DNA of 63,553 bases, filler included, from Thelocarpon superellum (lineage: Eukaryota): assembly GCA_026025795.1 (NCBI GenBank). It is 2 parts of 2 records of this genome, joined end to end, with 100 filler letters (N's around TTAATTAATTAA, not from the genome) between each part and the next. Parts side by side here need not be neighbours in the genome. Positions count along the whole stretch, not along the records: positions 31,853 to 63,553 come from JAPEUG010000190.1; 1 more part is not named here. The stretch is one strand, 5' to 3'. Below, in pieces: positions 36,601-48,502 of this stretch. The notes beneath the pieces were generated by a model. The model worked only from the letters and a program-made list of their open reading frames with translations. It was not told the DNA's origin and did not search any database. Position numbers and translations under genes: made by a program. Within the stretch, counting starts at the first letter, position 1. Each line of letters starts with the position of its first letter.

Positions 36601-37832
36601 CAGGGTGCGCGCAACGCCACGCTCCCGGAGGATTCCCCATCGTGAGATGGCGTCCCAAAGGGATGCCGTCCGGCGAGCCATGGCAGCTATTCGGGAGTCT
36701 GCGGATACCGGCGTTCGGTCTCTGTATGAGTAGCAAGTTCCATGGTGCGTCTTGATCGCTTCGTGCCTACTGCCGTATCGAAAACGCGTACGAGCGAGTG
36801 CGGGTACACCTATTCTGGACAGGCGCGTATGTCGTCGATCACGGCAGCATGGGCAAGGTGCATGTCCCATTGCTGGCATCTGATGCGCACGTTAGAGTCA
36901 CCAGGATACAGATAGGGTCAGTCCAGGACTACCAAGGACGGGTCGCAGAACAACGGTAAAGACAGCGCAACGGGTATGCAGCTGTCTGCCGTCTGCCGTT
37001 TCCCGCGTCGTAGCTCATCTTTTTCGGCACCTGCGTCGGTGGCGGTGATCGCCGACTATGGATCGCGGATGGCGGACCGCGGACCGCGTGTGGCGGATGG
37101 CGGATGGCGGATGGCAAATGGCGGAGGATCAGCCGGGAGCGGCAGCGTGGAGCCCCCCGAGCAGCTGACGGACGTGCGGTGGCAGACGGCCAGCGTGACA
37201 GGGGCAGTCGGTTGCCGGGTAGAGGCGGAGGGCCCCGGGGGACCGCCCAACGATCGCCCGACCGGTCGATCCCGCCTCCGCGCGCGTGTTGCGCAGCAGC
37301 TCCGCCGCTCCCCCTACCTCCATCGCCGCTGACGCCGAGTGACCGGTCTGCATGTCGACCGCCGACACGCCAGGTCCATTGTGCAGCGACATCGGGCTTC
37401 CACGTCGCGGTGCGCGGCCGCCAACGACGCTCCCTCCGTTGGGCATCAGCCACTGAGTTCTCGAGGAACTGACGGGAACCACTCGCCGACCGCCGCTTAC
37501 CACAGGACCAGTCGTCCGTGGGTCCTCGTCCCCCTCCACCCCTGTGGACCTGCATCCCGGTCCACGTTCACGTCCGCCCGGATCCCCTTTCCCCTCCTCC
37601 CACGCCCCTCTCCTCCCTCCCCCTCCCCCCTCTCTCCGCGTCGGCCGCAGGTGTCACGGTGGCTCGTCGCGTTGCACAGGACAGGGCTTGCCCTCGAGCG
37701 TTGGCTGCGTGGGTGCGGTCCGCTGGCATCCGCTCGTCGCGGCCGCTGCAGCTTCCACGACCGCCGCCAGTACATCTCCTCACCCATCCGCGCGCTCCCG
37801 TCGAGGCGTAGGCCTCGTCGCCGCCTCCGACT

Positions 37833-40800
37833 ATGACGCAGGCGCCCATGATCTCGAGTCCGCTGAAGCAGACCAACGAGATCGACTGGACCGCCCCGCT
37901 CAAGGCCTACATCCGGCAGACCTACGGCGACGATCCGGAGCGCTACGCCGAGGAATGTGCCACCCTGAACCGGCTGCGCCAGGACATGCGTGGCGCCGGC
38001 AAGGACAGTGCCGCCGGCCGCGATCTGCTGTACCGATACTACGGCCAGCTCGAGCTCCTCGACCTCCGCTTCCCCGTCGACGAGAATCACATCCGCATCT
38101 CCTTCACCTGGTGAGCACTCTAGCCGCCGGCCCCACCCGCCTCGCCCCGTCTCGCGGGACGGACCCCGACTGACGGCGCCGCTTTGCTCTCTCCTAGGTT
38201 CGACGCCTTCACTCACAAACCCACCTCTCAATACTCGCTCGCCTACGAAAAGGCGTCCATCATCTTCAACATCTCCGCCGTGCTGTCATGTCATGCGGCC
38301 TTCCAGAACCGGTCCGAGGACACCGGGCTCAAGACGGCCTATCACTCCTTCCAAGCCTCGGCCGGCATGTTCACCTACATCAACGAGAACTTTCTGCACG
38401 CTCCCTCGACCGACCTCAGTCGTGACACGGTCAAGACCCTCATCGGCATCATGCTGGCCCAGGGCCAGGAGGTCTTCTTGGAGAAGCAGATCGCCGATGA
38501 TAAGAAGGTAGGCTTGCTGGCGAAGCTCGCCAGCCAGGCTGCCTTCTTGTATACCCAGGCGGCGGAGGGGGTGCAGGAAAACGTCAACAAGGCCATCTTC
38601 GAGAAGGTGTGGTTCACGTTTACGCAGGTACGTGTCCGAGCGCCCTCCTCCATTCCTCTCATTCCCATCTTCCATCTCCCCAGATCCCCAGATCCCCAGA
38701 TCCCCAGATCCCCAGATCCCCAGCGCTGTTCCTGACCTCCCTCGTCCACTCCCCAGGTCAAATCCCACTACATGTCCGCTCTCGCGCAATACTATCAAGC
38801 TCTCGCGGACAACGACGCCAACGCACATGGGGTCGCCATCGCCCGGCTACACGTGGCCGAAGGGCTGGTGCGCGAGGCCCATCGGCTCGCCAACGCCATG
38901 CCCCAATCGATGCCGGCCAATTCCAACCTAACGGCCGAGACGGGGCCGCAGCTGTGCGAGATGACGCGGCGGGTGCTCGCGAACGTGCAGGAGCGCTTGG
39001 GGGAGTGGATCAAGGACAACGACTTCATCTACCACCAACCCATCCCGAACGAGGCCGCGCTGGCCGTCGTCCCCAAGCTGCCGGCCGCCAAGGCCATCCC
39101 CGTCAGCGAGCTCTACGCGGGGCAGGACATCCAGCGCATCATCGGGCCCGACATCTTCCAGAAGATTGTGCCCATGGCCGTGACGGAATCGGCCAGTCTC
39201 TACGACGAGGAGAAGGCCAAGCTGGTCCGGGCGGAGACGGAGCGGGTCGAGATGGCCAACGGCGAGATGGCGGCGAGCCTGGACTACCTCAAGCTACCGG
39301 GCAGCCTCAAGGTGCTGAAAGGCGGGCGCGACCACGAGCATGTCATGGATGACGAATTCCGCGGCTGGTGCGAGGATCTGGCCGGCCACGAGGACTTTGG
39401 CCCGGCCCTGGAGCAGCTGCAGACGGAGCGAGGCGAGGTCATGGGCTTGATGGAGCGCAGCACGCGCCAGCTCGACATGGAGGAGAGCGTGTGCGAGAAG
39501 ATGCGGTCCAAGTACGGGGGCGAGTGGACGCAGCAGCCGAGCTCGCGTCTGACCAGCACGTTGCGGAGCGACCTGCGCAGCTACCGCGGGGCCATCGAGG
39601 AGGCGAGCGTCAGCGACGACCAGCTCCTCGGCACCTTTCGGCAGTACGAGTCGGACTTTGACGAGATGCGCTCGGCCGGCGAGACGGACGAGGCCGACGT
39701 GCTCTTTCAGCAGGCCATGGTCAAGGCCGGCGCCTCCCGCGGCAAAGGACGGAACGGCGCGGGCAGTAGCCCGTCGCGGGGCGGTGGCGAGGGCTCGCTG
39801 CTGGATGAAGACTACGGCGAAGGCGGGATCAGCGTGGCGGACCAGATCGCGCGCATCGAGGATCTGCTCAAGAAGCTCAATCTGATCAAGCGCGAGCGTG
39901 CGCAGGTCCTCAAAGACCTCAAGGACAAGGTACGGCCTCTTGACCGGCATCGGCTCCCTGTCGGTCCTCTCACGGCGCGCTTCTGGACTGACGGCGATGG
40001 CAGGTGCACGGGGATGACATCTCCAACGTGCTGATCCTCAACAAGAAGTCCCTCTCGAATCATGAGAAGCAACTGTTTCAGGCGGAGCTGGAGAAGTTCC
40101 GCCCCTACCAGCACCGGATCCTGCAAGCCAACCACAAGCAGTCCGCGTTGCTCAAGGAGATCACGGCCAGCTTCGGCGATCTGCTGCAGGACAGGCGCAT
40201 CCGGGCGGAGCAGGGCAAGTACGAGAGCCTGACGCGGCAGCGAAATACGGTGATGAGCCGCTACCGCAAGATCGCGCAGGGGTTCCACGACCTCAACGCC
40301 GGCCTCGTCAAAGCGCAACATTTCTACGCCGAGATGCGCGAGAGCGTCGAGAGCTTGGAGCAGAACGTGGAGACCTTTGTCAACAACCGCCGCTCCGAGG
40401 GGGCGCAGCTGCTGAACCAGATCGAGCGCAGCAAGGCCAACGGCGGCAGCGGCCAGCAGGCGGATCGTGAACGCGAACGGCTGAAGGAGCTGATGGAGCG
40501 CATGTCCATGGACCCGTCGACCTCGCCCGGGCCGGCCAAGACGCCACGGCCGATGGCAGAGGCGGTCGCCGCGGCGCCGACGGCCTATGCCGGCCACACC
40601 TACCCCGCCACGGCCGCACCGGCATCGGCCCACGCGCGGTATGCTCCTGCGCACCCCACACCCAACGGCGGCTACGTCCCGGCACACGCCGCGCCACTCG
40701 GGGCCTCCCCCTACGACCCTCCTTCTCATCATGCGGCGGCTTACCCACGTCACGATGCCTACCCTACCGTCGCCGCTCCACCTCCCCATCCCATGTCCTA

Positions 40801-41077
40801 TACGCCGGCGCCGGCGCCTGGCGTGTACGGTTATGCGGGCCAGATGGCGCCGCCCCCGCCGCACCAATCGCCGGGCCCGCAGATGCACATGCCGCCGGGC
40901 TATGTGCTCCCGCCGCCGCCACCGGGTCCGCCGCCGATCGGCCCGCAGCAAACGTATCCGGCCGCGGCAGGGGCGTACGCGCCCGGGCCCGGGGGCTACG
41001 CCCGCAGCCCGGCTCCGCCGCAGGGCGCGCCGCCAACCGAGGGTGATCCGTGGGGCGGGTTGAGCGCGTGGAAGTGA
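37833..41077 (+). CDS. BRO1: ESCRT-associated Bro1/ALIX vacuolar protein-sorting protein
   Basis: MTQAPMISSPLKQTNEIDW, YYGQLELLDLRF, SLAYEKASIIFN, KDNDFIYH, V domain and Pro-rich tail. Introns 38111-38197, 38628-38756 and 39930-40003. Confidence 0.93.
38678..38723. repeat. (CCCCAGAT)x5.75 within BRO1 intron 2
   Basis: Perfect 8-mer array. Confidence 0.92.
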
Positions 41078-41886
41078 AAGTCCGTCATAGCGCGTGCGCG
41101 CCGTCGTTCCTCCGTCATTTCATAGCGTTCGCTGCATCGGCTCCGATCTACGTCCTGGCGTCTTTTGGTCCGGAGCGTGGTGCTCGGTGCGCTACGTAAG
41201 CATTTTTATACAGGGGGAAATGTCACGCAGGTGACCTGAACACTGATCGTCAATCGCGTCACGTAGGTATGTGCGGGGCGGGGACTCAAGAGGAAAGTAG
41301 GATGCAGTGGACGGTTGAGCCATCGTCCTGCCTAGGCATGTAAGAGAGGGCAACACGAGGAGAGACGAGAATCAGAATGAGAACGACAACGAGAACGAGG
41401 ACGAGAACGAGAGTAGAACGAGAGGAGAGGCATCGTAATTGGATGAATCATCAAGGTCGCCACTAGTCGAATGTGGTTAGCAGGCATCGCCAATGATGTA
41501 GCAGCACGAGATGATCCCTGCACATCGCCATCAGCACCTTTATGCCAGTGCCTAACAGCCAAACTTCTTCCGTCGCCGCCCACTTCCGCCCAGGTCGCGG
41601 CGCTCAGGTAACCAATCGGCGTGCTGCTCTTCAGAAGCAGAGGATGAGCGAGGTATAACGGAGACGGCAATAAGCACGAACCACTGAAGCAGTGCCTGAA
41701 GGTCCCACCTGGAAGTGATCCCGACAGCTCAAGCGCGACCTCTATTGTGGCTCGCCACGGCTCCCACCACTCGACAACGTCCACCTCCGCCTCCGCCTCC
41801 GCCTCCATTGCCACTCAACTGCGGCTCCGTCTACCGTCCGTTCCGTCGCGACCGACACGAACCATCCTCTGATCCTCTCCTCCGCC

Positions 41887-44800
41887 ATGCTCTATGGCCA
41901 GAACCTGCCATGGCGGATCGCCACCCAAACCGCTCGATGCTCCACCCGACTCCGACCGACGGCCAGCCGGCACCTTTCCTCCGTAGCGCCATCGACATGT
42001 CTTGCGTGTTACACATGGTCTTCTCGGATGCGGACCGTAACAGTCCCGTCGATGGCCTCCCGCCCGATCCCCTCCTTCTCCACCGCCCCGACCAGGCGAA
42101 AAGAACGTCGAACGGGGCCCAACCTGGAATCGGACGAGTCCACGAAGGAGGAGACGGAAGAGGCCAAAGCGGAAGATGAAACCGCGACCCGCCCGGATGG
42201 GGCCCCTGAGGGCAATGGACGATCGCCCGACGCATCCTCTTCGGCTCCCGGTGCCGCGTCCAGTGGGAGCAGTGACGGTCGGGGCGCCGGTGCGCCCGGT
42301 GCGCCTGGTGCACCCGGCGGGGCCGGCGGGGCCGGCGGAGACACGGGACCGGGCGGGGATGGAGGGCGGAAAGGTCGCAAGACCTCCAGCGAGCGCTCGC
42401 TCCAGAAGCCCACCGTGCCCGAGGTCTATCCGCAGGTCATGGCCATCCCCATCGCCAAGCGCCCGCTCTTCCCCGGCTTCTACAAGGCCATCACCATCCG
42501 TGATCCAAACGTCGCCGCCGCCATTCAAGAGATGATGAAACGCGGCCAACCGTACATCGGGGCGTTCCTGTTCAAAGACGAGAGCGCCGACCAAGACGTG
42601 ATCGAAAGGATGGAAGATGTCCACCCCGTCGGCGTCTTTGCCCAGATCACCAGCGCCTTTCCCGTCCATGGCGACGAGAGCAGCCTCACCGCCGTCCTCT
42701 ATCCCCATCGACGGATCCGCATGTCGAAGCTCCTCCCCCCTCTTCGACCCGATGACGCCTCATCGACCGCCGCGGGGCCCATTGCGACCGTGGCCGTCGA
42801 TCCGGTGGACCCAACCCCCAAGAGCGACGCGTCGGCCCCCGAGAAGCAGGGCGACGTCGTGGCCAGCTTTGAGGAAGGCGCCGTAGCCAAGCCCCCACCC
42901 AAGGAGACGCCCGCGCCCCCCTACGAGCCCACATCCTTCCTGAAGAAGTATTCCGTCAGCCTGGTCAACGTGGAAAACCTGACGGAGATGCCCCACGACA
43001 GGAAGAGCCCCATCATCCGCGCCGTCACCAGCGAGATCGTCAACGTCTTCAAAGAAGTGGCCAATCTGAACCCGCTCTTCCGGGACCAGATCTCCACCTT
43101 CTCCATGAGCCAGTCGGCCGGGAACGTCATCGACGAGCCGGCCAAGCTCGCCGACTTCGCCGCCGCGGTCTCGGCGGGCGAGATCCGCGAGCTGCAAGAC
43201 GTGCTGGAGACGCTGGACGTGGAGGAGCGACTGTCCAAGGCGCTGGTGGTGCTGAAGAAGGAGTTGATGAATGCCCAGCTGCAATCCAAGATCTCCAAAG
43301 ACGTCGAGGCCAAGATCCAGAAACGCCAGCGCGAGTACTGGTTGATGGAGCAGATGAAGGGCATCCGGCGCGAGCTAGGCATCGAGTCGGACGGCAAGGA
43401 TAAGCTGGTGGAGAAGTTCAAAGAGAAGGCCGACCAGCTGGCCATGCCCGAGGCGGTCAAGAAGGTGTTCGAGGAGGAGCTCAACAAGCTCGCCCACCTC
43501 GAGCCGGCCGCGTCCGAGTTCAACGTGACGCGCAACTACCTCGACTGGTTGACGCAGATCCCCTGGGGCCAGCGCAGCGCGGAGAATTTTGGCATCCAGA
43601 ATGCCATGACCGTCTTGGACGAGGATCACCACGGGCTCAAGGACGTCAAGGATCGCATCCTCGAGTTCGTCGCCGTCGGCAAGCTCCGCGGCACGGTCGA
43701 GGGCAAGATCCTGTGCTTCGTCGGCCCGCCCGGCGTGGGCAAGACCAGCATCGGCAAGTCCATCGCCCGCGCGCTCAATCGCCAATACTACCGCTTCAGC
43801 GTCGGCGGGCTCACCGACGTGGCCGAGATCAAGGGGCACCGACGCACCTACGTCGGCGCCCTGCCGGGACGCATCATCCAGGCGCTCAAGAAATGCCAGA
43901 CGGAGAATCCGCTGATCTTGATCGACGAGATCGACAAGATCGGACGCGGTCATCAGGGAGACCCGGCGTCGGCCTTGCTTGAGCTGCTGGATCCGGAGCA
44001 GAACAACTCGTTCCTCGACCACTACATGGATGTGCCGGTCGATCTCTCCAAGGTGCTCTTCGTGTGCACGGCCAACGTGAGCGACACCATCCCCCGGCCC
44101 TTGCTGGACCGGATGGAGATGATCGAGCTGTCCGGATACGTGGCGGACGAGAAGATGGCCATCGCGGAACGATACCTGGCCCCGGCGGCGAAGCAGCTGA
44201 GCGGGCTGCAAGACGTGGATGTGCAGCTACAGGAGGACGCCATCGAGGAGCTGATCAAGTCGTACTGTCGCGAGAGCGGGGTGCGCAACCTGAAGAAGCA
44301 GATAGAGAAGGTCTACCGGAAGTCGGCGCTCAAGATCGTGCAGGACGTCGGCGAGCACGTCTTGTCCGAGGAGTCCGCCCTGACGGACGAGGGCAAGGCG
44401 GCCCTCGAGCACGCGCAGCAGGACGACACCGCCGTCAATGTGACCCCGGCCGACGTGGCCGCCGAGACGACGGAGACGCCGCGGGTGAAGCTCCAAGTGC
44501 CTGACGACGTCCACGTGGCCATCACGCGCCACAATCTCAAGGACTACGTCGGACCGCCCGTCTTCACGTCGGACCGGCTCTACGACGTGACGCCGCCGGG
44601 CGTGGCCATGGGCCTCGCCTGGACGCAGATGGGCGGCGCCGCGCTCTACGTGGAATCGATCGTGGAGAACGCGCTGAACGCATCGTCGCGACCGGGCCTG
44701 GAGCGCACGGGGAATCTCAAGAGCGTGATGAAGGAGTCGACGGTCATCGCGTATTCCTTCGCCAAGTCCTTCCTCGCGCAACGCTTCGCGGAGAATGGCT

Positions 44801-45319
44801 TCTTTGAAAAGGCGCGGGTGCATCTGCACTGTCCGGAAGGCGCGGTGCCCAAGGATGGCCCGTCGGCGGGCATCACCATGGCCACGTCGCTGCTCTCGCT
44901 CGCCTTCGACCACCCCATCGACCCGACCATTGCGATGACCGGCGAGCTCACGGTGACGGGCAAGGTCCTCCGGATCGGCGGACTGCGGGAGAAGGCGGTT
45001 GCCGCGCGGCGGGCGGGCGCGACGATGATCATCTTTCCGCATGACAACATCTCGGACTGGTTAGAGCTGCCGGAGGTGAGTGATGCACCGTGCGTCTGCG
45101 TGGTGGACGATGACTGACGGATGATGGTCGTGGTGGCAGAACATCAAGAAAGGTCTCGACGGACGGCCCGCCAGCTGGTACACGGACGTCTTCGACCTCG
45201 TCTTCCCCAATCTCGATCCCGAGCGTGCCCGCCATCGATGGAAGGCGCAGCTGGCGGCACCGGCGACGAACAAAGGCGGTCCGGCGGAGGACGAGACCTC
45301 GGCGGGATCAGACGGCTGA
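41887..45319 (+). CDS. PIM1: Mitochondrial Lon protease
   Basis: Presequence; RPLFPGFYK; Walker A GPPGVGKTS; Walker B LILIDEIDK; catalytic PKDGPSAG and IGGLREK. Intron 45076-45139; stop 45317-45319. Confidence 0.96.
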
Positions 45320-46245
45320 TGGACGAATCGCTGCGGCTCCATCCGCCACGCTCCCGGCGCCACGCACCCAGCATTCCAGACATGGCGCAGCATCGGACGG
45401 AGTGATTTCACTGGGCGTGCATCCGTTCATGCGCAAGCATCTACGGGTCCGTCTCGTTTCAGCGCGGCCTCACCTTTCCCTTTTACCCTTCTTCTGTACT
45501 AGATCGCCCTCCCTGTACGAATGATCCTCATCTTGTATAGAGCATACGTATCCTCCACTAAAGAGGGAGAGAGAGGGGAAGAGGGGTAGATGTACAGCAA
45601 GTAGGCGTCACGGGATGATCATCATAGTGATGAGAACGCGCCACACTCCACTCAACTTCCACAAGCGTCTCCTCTTCGACCGTTCGGAGATGAGTACAGT
45701 ATCAGTATGATTACTAGGTCAGGACCTAATGAGGAGGACGCGCGACAGCTGGAAGGAAGAGCGGGGTGGAATGGAAGCGGTGATGCTGCCGAGCTAGCCG
45801 ATCACACAATAATGCCCCGAGGCGATGCTCGTGGTGCTCCCATGGGGACAAACACGGACACGGACGAGGAGGCAGGCAGGCATGTTGATTGGTGCCACGC
45901 GAGCGAGGCAACCCACGACGGGAGAGCGGCCATTGGCCAGCGTCCCCCGTTCCATCCCATCCCTCGCTGATTGGCATGCCCTATCGTGGGCCTGTTTCGA
46001 CATGGGGCAAGGAGATTGCCCTAACGCCATGGTGCTTCTGCAAATCCCACGCGTCGATGCCCACCTAGCCTCTTTTTTCCTTTTGCCGTGGCTGCGTCAT
46101 GGGGTGGATGGGGAGGGTTTAGTGGTGGGCGAGCCAAAGCATGTGGTGGAGTGATGGAAGTGACTGATACGGGTGCGATTCTCTCCGCAAGGTCAGACCA
46201 AGTTACAATTCGAGAAGAGGAATCGGGAAGAGTGGCGGCAGTCAC

Positions 46246-46284
46246 ACGCAGTGGAGTAACGCAGTGGAGTAACGCAGTGGAGTA
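46246..46284. repeat. 13-bp tandem repeat, 3 copies
   Basis: Unit ACGCAGTGGAGTA. Confidence 0.85.
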
Positions 46285-47645
46285 GTCCTCCGTCTTCTAG
46301 ACAGGTACTCGTATATCTGTATCCTCTGGGCATGGAGGTACTTTCCCTCGGGCACTCCCCCTCCGCGTACCCAGCAAGCGTCTCTCACCCGAGGGGTGAT
46401 CCTTATCTACGGGGTCGTGTAAGCGCAAGCGCTCACATTCTTCGTCTCTCGTGTCCCTCCTTCTCCTCGTCTCCGTAAGACACGACCGCATGCTGTCTCA
46501 GCCATATTCTTTCCCTCTCCGGCCCCGACTGCGCCACGCAGTTTCATCTGGACCTGCCGTGCAACTCTGCCCCATTGTTCTGGCACGCGCGCAAGTGAGT
46601 TGCGACCGCTACACCGCCGACTGTAACGAGTGACCACAGCATGGGAGGACGTGTGCACACCCGACAGTAGAGAGATGATCACCGCTATCTATCCCCGAGT
46701 GGGGGTCGTTAAGGTCGACGCTGGTGGTACCTTCAGGTGTTGTCCCATCATTTATGTACACGTACCGTCGGAGGTCCATTGTCCGTGTACTCATGCGTAG
46801 GCACTCGTACATCTCCTTCGACGAGTCGAATCTTCTTCCTGGCATGCATTCTTTCCTTCCATAGACGCCAGCGTCGTCATCACACCGGGGCTCTCCCTGT
46901 TCATACCCTAGCTCGGCTGCAGGCCATCTCATCCACCCGTTTCCGCCTCTCGGTAAGAAGCCCTCTCCACCGGCGCCTCGGCTGGGCTCTACCGACTTAG
47001 TCACGTCGGCTGTGACGCACCCTCCCCGCACGACCCACTGCACCAGCCCTGCCCCCTTGGCCTCGCCCTCTCGCACTGGCTCATCATCGCCGTGACACGC
47101 GCGGTCGACGCACATGCGGCCCTTAGCCCCGACGTACCACGTATGCATACTGCCAAGGGCGAGAGAAGGGGGCTGTTACGGTGGAGGGGCTTGCATCACG
47201 AATCTTCTCATTCGGCCATGGCCCGCCCGGTGCAGGTCTAGGTGCATCGACCTGCCCTTCTCCCGGCCATGACTCGTGCCGACCTCGCCCCGACCGACCA
47301 GTGTCCTGATCCGCCTTGGCTTGCGTTGGCGGCGGAGGTGCGAGTTCTGGTTGAGGCGCGCGGAAAATCCAACAGGCTGGGGCGTAGAAATCGGATGAGA
47401 GTGCACGCTCGACACGACAGACCCGTGCGCCGTAGTGCCATCGTTACGGCGTCCTCCTACCTAGGCGCCCGTGTGAGTCCTGTCAGAGAATCGACCGAGG
47501 TGGTCGGTCAACCGGCTGGTCCGTGGGTCCGTGGGTCCGCGGGCCAGTGGGTCAATGGGTCACTGGCTCCCGTCTCTCGCCTCACGAAGGATGCTGACCA
47601 CGTCGATCCAGCTATGCAACGAGCCGAACGTTGCCCGGACTGAAT

Positions 47646-47683
<38 letters not shown>

Positions 47684-48502
47684 GCACCGCCGTCCACCAA
47701 TACGATCCCAATCACAATGGCGACCGTGGCGCTGCAGTGCAGGCAGCAGAGTACATGGAACCATGACGCAGCGTAAGGATGATTCGTAGCTCGTATACAT
47801 CCAGGGCAACTCGTGTGGGACGTGCAAGAGCATGGCGCAGGCATGAAAGGTATCTGTCGGTCGGCCGCGGCAGCGACTGTTTTCGGGTAGCCTCGCATGA
47901 GTCCGTCCACCCTTGCGCACTGGCAATTCGCCCTCCCGCCTCTCTCCTTTGTTGTTCTGCCACCAAGACACCGCCTCCCCCCCTGCTCCATGACAAGGTT
48001 AGGCTGGACGCACACCTTTGGCGGTGTGTCTGGGCACTCCCGGCTCGGTCTAGCGACTCAGGCGAGCCATACCCAAGGCTCAAGCACAGGCAGGCAGGAT
48101 AGCCTGGGCCTCAGCTGCTGCGCCTGAAGCCGAACCATAGCCTGTCAATTCTCTTCCTTCGCTCGGCCTCGACTCCGGCAACGTCAAAACTCCATAGTGT
48201 TGGGCCGTCGCGCAACCATCCATCGTCGAATCGTGAGTGGGCCAATGCCGCACGCCTCGACCCGCCAGTAGCCTCGTCGTCCTGGAGCAAGACTCTCGTC
48301 GGCAGCCTCGACGTCCTCGAGCAATATGACCGATGGCCAACCCAAGGCGCCCAATGCAATAATGTGATGTGACTGCGTCACAATGCGCGACACCTGTCTT
48401 GCCAGGAGCCAGAAGCTAGACGCCAGAAGCCAGAAGCCTACCGCCACTGACTGCTTTTGCCCGCCCATGCGCCGCCGCGTGATGCGTGCGTGTGCGTGAT
48501 AC

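Noticed and set aside
46609..47148. 179-aa minus-strand ORF upstream of the kinase
   Set aside because: No motif and no clear codon bias.
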